A stretch of 64,000 nucleotides of DNA from Octopus vulgaris (GCA_951406725.2 OX597820.1:114204001-114268000); one strand, 5' to 3'. Shown: positions 13,711 through 26,095, counted from the first letter of the stretch. The notes: generated by a model not told the origin, from the sequence alone. Numbers and translations: made by a program.

Positions 13711-14186
13711 CATGAATACAGTGAACAGACATTCAGAATGTATATACACATGCACACAGTCATGCACATATGGAAGTGAATGCATGTGCAAGCGCTCCTA
13801 CATAAATGTGTACATGGATTCAGTCAGACATATGTGTGTGCATACACACACTTTTTAAACAAGATTTTCTACACTATATGGGTTTGTGTGTGTGTGCACT
13901 TGTGTGCGTGCATGTGTGTGTATGCTTATGTATGTGTATTTGTGTGTGGGTGGGTGTAAATACACACATACACACACACACATAAACACATATTATCGTC
14001 ATCTTCATTCAATGTCCATATTTTGTGTTGGAATCGGTTGGACGATTTTTTCAGGATCCAGTCAACCCAAGCCCTGCATCAGTTTCCTCCGTCTGCTCTG
14101 GCATAGTTTCTATGGCTGATTACCCTTTCTCATGCCAAATACTTGACAGCATGCACTGGTTGCTTCTTTTTTTGTGCAATCAGCAC

Positions 14187-14585
14187 ATCATCATCATCAT
14201 CATCATCATCGTTTAACATCCGCTTTCCATGCTAGCATGGGTTGGACGATTTTGACTGAGGGCTGGCGAACCAGATGGCTGCACCAGGCTTCAATCTTGA
14301 TCTGGCAGAGTTTCTACAGCTGGATGCCCTTCCTAATGCCAACCACTCCGAGAGTGTAGTGGGTGCTTTTTACGTGCCACCGGCATGGGGGCCAGTCAGG
14401 CGGTACTGGCAACGACCTTACTCGAAGCTTTTTACACATGCCACCAGCACAGGTGCCAGTAAGGAGATGTTGGTAACGATCACACTCAAATGGTGCCCTT
14501 TTATGTGCCACCGGCACAGAAGCCAGTTGGCTGCTCTGGCAACGATCATGCTTGGATGGTGCTCTTGGCACCCTACTAGCATAGG
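14187..14585 (-). mobile_element. RTE LINE 3'UTR fragment
   Basis: Same family as 8424-8865 and 34718-35230. Confidence 0.8.
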
Positions 14586-14882
14586 CATATAAAATGGGCT
14601 ATATATGTATAAAACAATATATATATATACAATATATATAAAACAATGCTTCAATAATATATCCATCTAACCCATGCTACCATGGAAAAATAATGTAAAA
14701 TAAAACAAATATGTGTGTGTGTGTGCATTGAAGGGAAACAGCTAAATGATTAAATTGCTAGATTCACAATTGTAAGGAAGGTTGTAAATTCAATTCACAA
14801 AACAGTGGCATCTTGTGTTCTAGCGCAAGAAACTTTGTTTCCCATCACTCTTGTCTACCCAGCTGAAAAATGACTTACCACT

Positions 14883-15259
14883 GCTGCTTGTTTGTTTGTT
14901 GAGCGAAGCGGTCTTTGTCCCTTAGGAGAAGTCTGAAACGTTGGTCCTTTGCTATTCGTAAGACCCGCAGAAGAGAAAGCAGGTCAACAACCCCCGACAC
15001 CGAGAGCATCGATGGATGGATGAATGCGCATCCAGGCTCAGCGGTTGTGTAGGAAGTCGGGGACAAGAAACAGGAAGAAAAAGTGAGAGAAAGTTGGAGC
15101 GAAAGAGTACAACAGGGGTTGCCACCACCCCCTGCCGGAGCCTCATGGAGCTTTAAGTGTTTTTGCTCAATAAACACACAACACCCGATCTGGGAATCGA
15201 AACCGCAATCCTCCGACCACGAGTCTGCTGCCCTAACCATTGGGCCATTGTGCCTCCAC
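14883..15259 (-). mobile_element. tRNA-derived SINE (head X, body 1)
   Basis: Head ggaggcacaatggcccaatggttagggcag...ggtttcgattccc with Pol III A/B boxes; (CAAA)n tail; second copy at 62157-62517. Confidence 0.85.
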
Positions 15260-16189
15260 TGCCACTGCTGCAAAATATTAGCTCTGAATCTTACGAATGC
15301 AAAACTTCAATGGCTTATAATGGAGATGGCAAAATGAGGGAATGAAGTAGTGAATAAATGGATGATGGATAGCTGTGTGGTAAGAAGTTTGCTTCCCAGC
15401 CACATGGTTCCAGGTTCAGTCCCAAAGCATGGCACCTTGGACTTTTACCAAAGCCCAGGACTGACCAAAGCCATGTGAGTGGCATAAAAATGAACTTGAA
15501 CACACACACACACACACACATCACCACCATCACCATCATCATCATCACCATCATCGTCATCATCATCATCATCATCATCATCACTTAATGTTCATATTCC
15601 ATGGTGAAATTTGGTGAACATACATGAACGTATGTGTGTGTGCCTGTGTGAGTGTACGTATGTGTGTAGTATGGCCAAATGTTTAAGAAGTTCTTGTAAG
15701 CATGTGGTACCAGGTTTGATGCTCAGTCTATTCAAACAACCTTGACAAACTGCCTCTGAAACTTGCTGATGGTCATTGAAATTAGACAGTGTTACTGGAA
15801 ACTGAAGGTATTTGAACTGAAATAGCATAGCTAATGAGGTGCAGAGTATGTGGGGTAGAAAGGGCTCCTTAGCCGTAGTGAAGGTAATCTGTCTTGGGAG
15901 ATAACCTTACAATAAATCACTCGGTCTGTAGCTTAGAAATACTGGGTTGACGTCCAGCGGGAACAGCTTTGTTTCATAGAGGAGGAAAGATCTTCTTTAG
16001 TACTTGGTTGTAAAATGCTTTCCAATGTGTGTAGTAGTGGCGCGCGCACACATTATTAGCCATTTGAAAAGACTATGGAATTTACAATTAACTGCACCAG
16101 GGTTCCTCTTCCCCGGGGAACCAGACCTAATGGTATACCTGCGGATATAGGTCCAGTCCCTGCTTTGCTGGGTCCTGTCTCTGTTCACG

Positions 16190-16311
16190 TTCTCCAGGGA
16201 TACAGGCATCCAGCAACAGGACCTCCGTAATGCCACGATGGATCGTGAAGTCTGGCGTAGCATGGTAAATTCCATTGTCTCGACCACGGTCGAACAATGA
16301 TGATGATGATG
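16190..16311 (+). mobile_element. 3' end of a second RTE-like LINE family
   Basis: Reads SRDTGIQQQDLRNATMDREVWRSMVNSIVSTTVEQ* (DR..WR terminal motif), then (TGA)n. Confidence 0.7.
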
Positions 16312-16489
16312 TATAGAATAAAAACAACCAGTCGTAACGATGGCTTTGATAATATGGAGCATTAAAGTTTTAAAAGCTAGTCTTGCACTGTTACAGAGTT
16401 TTGGTGCATCTGGATTTCTAAGCAACATAGTAGATGGTTCCAACCTTCACTTGCAGATTATAAGGAGGGACACCAGTTAAAAAAAAAAA

Positions 16490-16725
16490 AGTAAAGTTAC
16501 TTTCTCAAGTCATGTCAACTCGTAAGGGCCAGTTTCCCGGTTTCATGATGTATATATTCCCCACCAGGACAGGACACTGGTCCATCGCAGAATTACTCAT
16601 TTTTGCCAGCTGAGTGGACTGGAGCAACGTGAAATGAAGTGTTTTGCTCAAGAACATCACAATGCATCACCCAGTCCAGAAATCGAAACCACAAGCTTAT
16701 GATCATGAGTCCAACATCCTAACCA
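16490..16725 (-). mobile_element. tRNA-derived SINE (head Y)
   Basis: ttgagcaaaacacttcatttcacgttgctccagtccactcagctggcaaaaatgagt on the minus strand; related copies at 21710-21968 and 51765-51990. Confidence 0.7.
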
Positions 16726-16744
16726 GCGGTGTGGAGTCTGCCAG

Positions 16745-17335
16745 CGGACTCCACACCTTATCACCTTCCAAGTGGCACCTGAGATATCTCAGCCTCAACG
16801 CATGTCTGTGCATCATTAATCAAGGCATTCCTAACCCACCCTTTAATGATTCCTAGCAGCAAACCGAGTGCCTCACAAGTGGCTTTCTTCCCTTCCACAA
16901 AAAGTGGAAAAGGAGTCGTTCCAACTTGTTTAGCCACGAATCGGGGCAAGGGACAATGGTCAGGCAGTAGGTAATGACAGATGCAATAAATACCTGTACT
17001 ACATCTGCCCTTCCTTTCAAGGACAGAGCCCTTCTGGACCAAGTCCAGACTAGTACCTCCACCTCGTCTGCCTCCTCGCTCCAATTCTTCTCCGTCTCAG
17101 AGTCCAGTCCAAACCAAACTCCAAGCAACTTAAAAGTCCCATCTGTCCAGTGACCCATAACACTGGACAATATCGACTTGCTCCTCCAGGTGCTGAGGCA
17201 TAAGCTGATGGACTTGTCCTTGTTAACTCTTGCCCCTGCCACCACCTCGTATCCTCTGAGAGCATCTTCTGCACAAGGTAGCTGTGCTTCGTTGGACACA
17301 GTGAAGGTGACGTCATCCACATAAGTAGAAACAGA
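16745..17335 (-). pseudogene. L1/Tx1-clade reverse transcriptase fragment
   Basis: YVDD...GARVNKDKS...LLGVWFG...WSRRALSLKGR...FLWKG...GGLGMP motifs. Confidence 0.85.
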
Positions 17336-17359
17336 CTTGTTTTTCCTTTTGTTTTTTCC

Positions 17360-19060
17360 TTAAAAGTTCAAATAAACTTTTTCCTCAGTTCCAGTCTTTA
17401 CAAGATTCTTTCGACTGACCTCTTCTCTCTCTCTCTTACAATGTCTTTCACTTTTACAATCTTTTACATTGTGATATTCTATCTCCCTATAATTTTCTTT
17501 TTGTTTGTGTTTTTCATGTTGTCTCTTTTTGTTTCTATTTTCCTGTTGTTTTGTGTGTTCTTGTATTTTTGTCTCTAAGTCTGTGTATTCATGTATTTGT
17601 GTGTCTGTGTGTTCCTTTGACCGTAACCCTATGTGTTTCATCTGTGTGTCTATGTTTTTAGGTTTCCATACTTCTGAGTTGTCTTTTTTCTGGTCTGCAT
17701 GACTCTGTCCTTTTAATTCCTTTGCTGATACTTCCTCTGGTAAATTTTCTCCATTTCTTGTCATGGGTTGACTTTCTTCTTCCATTCCTTTATATTTCTT
17801 CACTTCCACTGTCATCGGTGACTTTCTTCTCTCTCTTTTCCAGCCAAATTGCCATCATATTCTGTTCTCTGCTTCTGCTTTTTATTCACTACTGTATCTT
17901 CCTCTACACTCTCTTCCACCATTTCTACTGCTGCTCTAGGGCATTTCCTTCTCAAGTACCCTCTTTCACCACATCCGTAACATTTTGGGGTATCCCCTCC
18001 AACATTACTTCCAGTTTTTCGCCGTCAGGTAATTCCACAGTTTCTGCCATTTCATCGTAATATTCTGGGCTTCCTGCACAAATCACTTCAGCACCATTTC
18101 CCCAGCAATTCAATTGTTGACTTCTGCTTACCAAGCAAATCTCCAGGTTTTTACTTCCTTTTACCATCTCTGAATAGAAAATTGTGACTATTACCCATTC
18201 TGGGTCTATCGACAGTGGGATTCTTCCCACCCTGACCCTGACGATTCTTTTGCCTAAACAGTTCGGCATTAACATCCATTTCTCTCCCATTATCAGCCTC
18301 TTGTCGAATATTTTCACCTCTTCTTCTGAAACAAAGGTAACAATTATCGTCGCATATTTCCTTCCTCTTGTGAAGAAAGTTATTCCTTCACTTCTCTTTT
18401 ACTATCTTTTACTTGTTTCAGTAATTTGACTGCGGCCATGCTGGAGCACCGCCTTTAGTCGAGCAAATCGACCCCAGGACTTATTCTTTGTAAGCCCAGT
18501 ACTTATTCTATCGGTCTCTTTTGCCGAACCGCTAAGTGACGGGAACGTAAACACACCAGCATCGGTTGTCAAGCAATGCTAGGGGGACAAACACAGACAC
18601 AGACACATACACACACATATATATATACATATATACGACAGGCTTCTTTCAGATTCCGTCTACCAAATCCACTCACAAGGCATTGGTCGGCCCGGGGCTA
18701 TAGCAGAAGACACTTGCCCAAGATGCCACGCAGTGGGACTGAACCCGGAACCATGTGGTTGGTTAGCAAGCTACTTACCACACAGCCACTTTGCTTCTGC
18801 AATATTTCTTTTATCCCTTCCTGCGGCACATGTTCTATTCTCCTATTTTCGTTTGAAAATGTTCTGAATATTACCTTCCTGCTCATCAATTTTCTTTTTT
18901 CCTCCACAGGCAGGGTCAATTTTATGTTTGCCCCTTCTTTTTTTATCATACCATAATGTTTTTACTATCTTCTCTTTATTCCACTCCATGCTCATTGGCT
19001 TCAGCACATGTGGGTCTATAGCATCTCGACCTCTAGTAGCTTCCGCGTAACTCTTCATTT
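17360..19060 (-). pseudogene. LINE ORF1 (gag-like) relic with zinc knuckle, interrupted by a SINE
   Basis: MKSYAEATRG start; RVRVGRIP motif; PKCYGCGERGYLRRKC knuckle (H replaced by Y) near 17940-17995; E/K-rich tail; lies directly upstream of the Tx1-like RT fragment. Confidence 0.65.
18392..18789 (-). mobile_element. tRNA/CORE-like SINE with central (TA)n(TG)n
   Basis: Near-identical to 55293-55704 and 29516-29918; 5-bp flanking repeat aagtg on the minus strand. Confidence 0.9.
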
Positions 19061-19221
19061 TTTCAATTGTTTTACTACCACCCAACAATGGCAGCTTTGC
19101 AAAAATAAAAATTCGGCCAGACTCCTCCCAAAAAACAACAAAAAAGTGACTTGGTAGCTGTTGATGCCTATCCGCCTTCGAAAACATATATTTCAAATGA
19201 AATACCTTCACTGATTTTTGA

Positions 19222-19452
19222 AAATAGATATAATATATTTCTAAATCTCTCACAGAGATTTATGCAGTAGCAGCATGATAAAGTGATAGTATATTGTCAA
19301 CTTAATGTGACAATCCCATGAAAGGGAAGAATGCTACTGTTATTTAACCCTAGGAAACACCGTTTCCTGTCGGACTTAACACATTTCCTGTGTCCTTATG
19401 CTGCCACTGCATAAATCTCTTTGAGAGATTTAGAAATGTATTATTTCTATTT
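19222..19452. mobile_element. MITE with ~55-bp TIRs
   Basis: aaatagatataatatatttctaaatctctcacagagatttatgcagtagcagcat (19222-19276) is the near reverse complement of 19398-19452. Confidence 0.8.
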
Positions 19453-20634
19453 CCCCAATTGTGTTAAATATGTTTTTATCATCATCATCATCATCATCAT
19501 CATTATCATTTAATGTCTATTCTTGTTGGCATGGGTTGGACGGTTCCACAGCAATTAGTAAGTCAGTAGACTGCAACGAGCTCTGCTGTTTGTTTTGGCA
19601 TGGTTTCTTTGGCTGAATGCCCTTGCCAGCACCAAACACTCTACAGAATGTACCGGGTGCTTTCTATGTGGGTCCAGCAACAGTGAGGGTACCAAGTATC
19701 TTCCAAAACATGACCCCTCAAATGAGGTGGCGGGGAGAGTAGTATTGAGGAACAAAAAAGGAGACTTGCATTAGAGAGGAAACATGATTACCTCAAGTGG
19801 GGTGAGAGTGGAGGAGAAGAGAGTGAGAAAAGGGAGAGAGAGGGAGAAGATGGTGAAGATGTGAGAGTGGGCAGACCTGAGATCGGAGAAGGTGAGTGGG
19901 TACTTTCCTGAGACTGCAAAAGAACAGAGGTCACTGGAGGTGGATGTAGTGAGAATACACAAGTAGAGAGAAATGGTATTAGGAGGATATGCTCTGGGGA
20001 AGAAATTCAGTGGGGACATATTGTGTGTAGGAAGGTACATGTCGTAGAGTGGGAGGAAATTAGGTGAGTGGTGAGCATAAAAAGGGGAAGGGGTTTAGGG
20101 AAGATGGGTTGTGGGGGAAGTGGGGACAAGTCTTTATGGTCTCACTTTTACTTAGCTGGCAAGTCTGAAGCACAGTAAATCACCAAATGTCTTAATCATT
20201 TCGTCTGTGAAGCTTAATATTTGAAGATCTGTGGTTTAAAGGTACAGAATAAAGTTGCTCATACCTCAAGTTGCAATTGGGGACAACAGCTAAATCATTC
20301 AGTTTTAATCATATGTTGACTCTGCCGATCCCTCGCCATCTAGGACCACTATGCATGGCTGCTATTAGAACACGACTTGCCTTGACTGCAGACGTTGTAA
20401 GAAAGAGGACAACTTGACCTGTTGCTCACTGACATGATGTCACCTGCTTCCCTTCCAGTCCTTTCACAACATCTCTCTTCTTCCCTGCCAGTTTCCATCA
20501 ACCAAATGCAATCACAAACTTTGGTCAGCCTAGGGTTAAAGTAGAAGATACTAGCCCGAGGTGTCACGCAGTGGGTCGGAACCTGAAACAATGCGGTTGG
20601 GAAGTAAACTTCTTAGCGCCTACAGTAACTGAAT

Positions 20635-21510
20635 TAGCCTTCCACCACAAGATCCTTTGTTCCACATCTTCCTGAGTTTTCTTCTTTCACAGGTTCCCTC
20701 CATATTTAGAGATTGGCACTTCTATATGCAGCTGTCCTCCTCCTTATGCATCACATGGCCATGCCAACACAGTCTTCTCTCTTGCACACTGTAGCTGATG
20801 TCTTTTACATCCAATTTTATCCTCACTACATTTTAATCTTTGCTATACCTGCACAATGAAGTTGCACATCCAACAGGATTTATTTCTTCAAGGGCTTCAT
20901 TTCTTTCGAGTCTTTGCATATCCTCTGCAGTTACAGCCCATGTTTCACTGCCATGGATGGAAGCACTCCGTCGGTTACGACGACGAGGGTTCCGGTTGAT
21001 CCGATCAACGGAACAGCCTGCTCGTGAAATTAACATGTAAGTGGCTGAGCACTCCACAGACACGTGTACCCTTAACGTAGTTCTCGGGGATATTCAGCGT
21101 GACACAGAGAGTGACAAGGCCGGCCCTTTGAAATACAGGTACAACAGAAACAGGAAGTAAGAGTGAGAGAAAGTTGTGGCAAAGAGTACAGCAGGGATCA
21201 CCACCATCCCTGCCGGAGCCTCGTGGAGCTTTAGGTATTTTCGCTCAATAAACACTCACAACGCCCGGTCTGGGAATCGAAACCGCGATCCTACGACCGT
21301 GAGTCTGCTGCCCTAACCACTGGGCCATTGCGCCTCCACTTCACTGCCATGTAGCATAGCTGTCCACATAAAGCCTCTTACAACCTGCCTTTCATTCTGA
21401 AAGAGAGGCATTTGTTATCAACAAAGGTAAAAGCTCTCTGAACTTTGTCCAGCTGGTTCTTATTCTAGCAACTACACTTTCAGACCAACTGCTTCCACTG
21501 CTAATTTGAA
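20635..21510 (-). mobile_element. Degenerate RTE ORF fragment interrupted by a SINE
   Basis: HGSETWAVTAEDMQRLERNEA motif shared with the RTE at 57624-58850. Confidence 0.8.
20956..21339 (-). mobile_element. Young tRNA-derived SINE (head X, body 2)
   Basis: 12-bp TSD ttcactgccatg at 20944-20955 and 21340-21351; CpGs intact; A/B boxes in head. Confidence 0.9.
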
Positions 21511-22696
21511 GGGCTAGGGGTAATTTTTTTATAGGAATATACTGCTTCGTTAAAAATTATAGCTTAATGAGTTTGGAAAGCTAGCATATGGCAGGTATGA
21601 AGTATAAACCACCACCACTGCCGCCACAATTTCCACCACTGCTGCCACCGCCACCACCACCGCCACAATTTCCACCACTGCTGCCACCGCTACCGCCACC
21701 ACCATCACCACCTGTTTGTGAAATTAACGTGCAAGTGGCTGAGCAATCCACAAACACACCTGCCCTTAATATAGATCTCAGGGAGGTTCAACATGATACA
21801 GAATGTGACGAGGCTGGCCCTTTGAATTAAAGGTACAACTCATTTTTGTCAGCTGAGTGGACTGGAGCAAAGTGAAATAAAGTGTCTTGCCTAAGAACAC
21901 AATGTGCTGCCAGGTATTGAACTCACAACCTTATGATCTTGAGCTGAATACCCTAACTACTTAGCCACTTGCTTTCACCTCTCACACACACACACATGCA
22001 GTCACGTGGCTTTTCTCGGATAGAAACCTGTTCTGCTCTGGTCCTATTCTTACATATTTTACTTTTTTCTACTCATTCTCTGAGCATAAAGTTTCCCCTA
22101 CCATTTGAGGTTCATAGTCTTGCAGACTGCGTCGCAACCTCATCAGTACTGGTGGCATGTAAAAAGCACTCAGTATATGCTGTAAAGTGATTTTAGGAAG
22201 AGTATCCAGCTATAAAAAACCATGCTAAGCAGACACGGATTGTGTCAAACCGTCCAACCCCTGCCAGCATGAAACATGGACGTTAAATGAAAATGACTAC
22301 GAAGATGATATATGTCCTGCTACTTTTCAGTTTCCATCAACCAAATGCAATCACAAACTTTGGTCAGCCTAGGGTTAAAGTAGAAGATACTAGCCCGAGG
22401 TGTCACGCAGTGGGTCTGAACCTGAAACAATGCGGTTGGGAAATAAACTTCTTAGCGCCTACAGTAATCGACTGCCGTGTCTTTCGTAAAAGATATATTT
22501 GTGTGATTGAAAGTGAATGTGTGTGCGCGTGAGAGAGTGCGCGTGAGAGAGAGAGAGAGAGAGAGAGATGTGTACGCATACACATATCCATCCATAGAGA
22601 AGGTAGTTTCTCTGGTTAGCGATTACATCTCGTACCGCCATCCATAGTTTCAAGAAGTCCTAACACTCCCCTAATAATCCTCCACACCTCTTACTA

Positions 22697-22762
22697 CTTC
22701 CTTTCGGTTTAACTTCCCTTGCTGACATCTCCGTCGGCAGGAAAGCGATCGTTGCTCCCCAG
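22697..22762 (+). promoter_or_regulatory. Putative non-coding first exon / TSS region of zinc-finger gene A
   Basis: Pyrimidine-rich start (cttcctttc), CpG-rich, ends at donor CAG|GTAGGT; near-identical to 52490-52551, which precedes paralog B. Confidence 0.65.
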
Positions 22763-25754
22763 GTAGGTATGCTTCGTTCTCTTAATCTACCCTCATTTGT
22801 ATTTACAGTCCTGTTGCATACCAATTATACTAAACCTATTAACTACCAAACATTTGCAACACGCATCCATCGCGTCTTCTCAGCCGATGACGAAGTCTGT
22901 GGCTTTGTTTTCTCAGATGTTTGTGTTGATGGTGGACGGAGAGATTTGTTGCTGAGCTTTTAATTACAGCAGACTAGAGAAATCAGACAACACACTTTTA
23001 AATGTGATGGTATAAAATAAAGATCTCCGCCATCAGACAGAGGTGGTTTTCTTTTGCCACTCTGCCGACTAAGAATTTAACCGTAAGTTATTAATCTGGT
23101 CTATGCGGGTTCGAATGGTGTTGAAGTCATTCATTTAAATTAGTGAAACATTTCAATTAACCACCCCCACTATTTTCTTTTCTGGCCCACTATGAAATGT
23201 TCGTAGAGCTTTCAATATAAATCTGTCTTGGATTACTGTAATCTTTTCACTAAAAAATTTAATCCCATTAATATTCTCGCATTGTTTTAAAACTCTCCTA
23301 TAAAATATACTCAACGACCTTCCCCCTTTTTATTACAGTTTCTCCTTTATTATTCTGTTTATTGGCCTCATTATTGTTGTTGTTAAACTGTATATGAGTG
23401 CATTTGTTGTTGTCGATGATGATTCTTTATATGTTTTCATTCGAGCAGAGTATTTTAACCTTCATCTTTCTTTTCCGTTAACGATCAAATGGTCGTATTT
23501 CCTCCTCCGCGTGTCCCTCTATGTATTTTTATTACTGTTCATTATTATTGCAGTACCTTTTGCCTGGAGATTGCCCTAACCTTTCTCTCTCTCTCTCAGC
23601 AATTACAATTATTGCGGAAAGGCTGGCAACAACGATTGCTACTCCGCTGCACACTCCACTCCCACCAATTCTCTGATCAAAGCAACTTCCATGTTCGATG
23701 CCTTCCAAGTTGGCCAGACTTGTTTATTTGATCATTCTCACCAATTTCTGTACATAATTCTCAACACAAGGCGAGGTGGACGGGAGGTCATTTAGGCATT
23801 GTAACATCTATTTTATATCACTGACCATACAAAGATAGTTTATCTCTCCCGCCCACCATTCTTCACATTCTCACGTCTCTTTTTGTTTTTTCACCTAAGG
23901 TCGGTACCGTTCTATTTCGTATGGATCCAACCAACGAAAATAACCGACCGGACATAGCAGAGGCATATACATCTTTAATTAAACCAAAAAAAAAAAAAAG
24001 AATATAAAAAAACACTTCACTCTATTGAAGTTAAATAAGCAAGTGTTTTAGTGTGGTACACACATGACTCAGTGGTCCAGTATCTATCTCCACCACCAGA
24101 CCTCGTGGATAATACACACTCACACACACACGTCCCCGTTTTTCTAAAGATTAGCTTTTATCCTCCACATTTTCTCAATATCTTGTCTGTGTCTACTATC
24201 ATCAGCTCTAGGGTTCAGGAAATTTTCTTCTCGGCCACCGGAATCCTGGTACTCTGTCTTACTGTACACACACTTTATTAACAACGCATTTTTGCATTAT
24301 CAATCATGGGTTTTAAGAATCTATCACGAATTTCTTTGCATTCGTTTGCTCACTACGAATTTAACACGTCGATCTCATCATCTGATACCCCTGTGACAAA
24401 TAATAGAAATCATTACGATAGCAGGATGGTGAGAAGAGATTCCCACTTTAGGATTGCGGCATCATGGACGGTCAATTCCTCAAGTTCAAAGCCATTGAAA
24501 GTTGCTTTCCCTTTTCTCTATTAGTTAATAATAATGGTTTTGTTTTCAAGTGATGCCACTTCCACATTTTTATAAAAGGCGGATGTAGTTGATTGCACCG
24601 ACTTAGTTACTTAACTGTTTTTCTTTTATCAACTGTGGAAGGATTTGAACTCAAAATGTAGCGGAAGGCATCTAGGCGCTGTCGTTCCACTCACTAACCT
24701 TCGCAGAGTTATTAACAACAATAATGATTAATTCTTTATTTGCCACAAGGGCGATATTAAGGGGATATTAATGATAGTGATTTCTAACTTTGGTACAAGA
24801 TCCTCACATTTTGGAGGAAGAATATAGTCATTTAAATCGCCCCTACTACCTGATTGGTATTTTATCTTTGGAAGGGTCGTTAAAGCGTCCGATAAAATGC
24901 GTTTCGGTATTTCTATCCTGCTCTTTACGTTCCGGTTTCAAATCACGCTGAGCTCAACTTTGCCCCTCTTCCTTTCAGGATCGATAAAATGAAGCAACAG
25001 TCAGGTATTGGGCTCGATGCTTTCTGTTTATATGTAAAAACAGTTATTTTATCAACGTGTGTTTGATGAAAGGTGATGTCGACCCCAGCGAAATATGAAC
25101 TTAGAATGTAAAGGGGCATAACTAAAATACTGGGTGACATTAAGTGCTCTACTCTATTTCTGCCAACTCACCACTCAATAATTGTAATGGACGGGGGCAG
25201 TCTATAAAAGATAGACAACTAAATTTATACACTATTAGTCTGTTAGATTACGGCCTGTATTATTTACGTTTCAAATAATCTATAGAAACAATAAATAATT
25301 GAGCAGAAAAATCCCTCCGAAAAGTAATTTGAACCTCTTAACCAACTTCGAACAATTTTATGCGTAAAAATCTAACTGGGCTTTTAATGATTGGATTTAG
25401 TCGGTTATTTGTAGCAGATTACCGATGATAGATGTTATTAATTAGACCGTTACTATATCTACTTTAAACAGCTGCCATACTCGATATTATAAATATACTG
25501 CAACCATTATTGGCTAAACGAAAATTTTACTGGGCGGGGTGGCATGAAGGCTCCTTAATCTCAGCATTTTCACCTAGTTGGTTGGTCCCATTTGTTAATG
25601 GACTCAGGTAAAGCCAGGTTTAATAGTGCTATTTTGTCGGTTTATTTAATGGCTATAACTGCATTAAGAGTTGAATATTCAAGGCTGCTTCGGGGCAAAA
25701 TACTTTTCTACTTTAACATTAGCCCCTCCCGTCCCCTTTTCATCCACTTATCTG

Positions 25755-26095
25755 CCCACTACTTTTTGTTCTTTCTCTCTCTCTCCACCTGACCTGCCTA
25801 AATTCTTTTCTCCCTTTTCGTTTCTCTCTTTCTCACTCTCACCACTCTCCTTTTCTTTCTCCATCATCTCACATATCTCTTAATCTCCCTCTCACTTCCA
25901 CCCTATCGCTTCATAACTTTCTTTCCTCATCTCCTCTTTTACCTCACCCTTTTTTTTTATCTCTCTCTTTTATCAAGTCACATCTCTCTTTACCTCACCC
26001 TCCATCTTACCCCCTCCGTCTTATTAACTCTCCCGCTCTGTTTCCTCACCCTTTTCCATTATCACCCCTTCTATCGTACCTCACCCTCTATTACA
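25755..26095. repeat. Polypyrimidine low-complexity tract
   Basis: ~340 bp dominated by C/T. Confidence 0.8.

Noticed and set aside
12329-13858. 509-aa and overlapping His/Thr-rich ORFs
   Set aside because: Translation of a CA-rich minisatellite; open in several frames because the repeat lacks stop codons.
21588-21830. Proline-rich ORF
   Set aside because: (CCA/CCG)n tract with a short duplication running into a SINE; no gene context.
22769-22963. Small ORF similar to ORF 52466-52714, with frame-preserving indels
   Set aside because: Substitutions fall mostly at codon positions 1-2, and starts and stops are not shared; better explained as conserved non-coding DNA.
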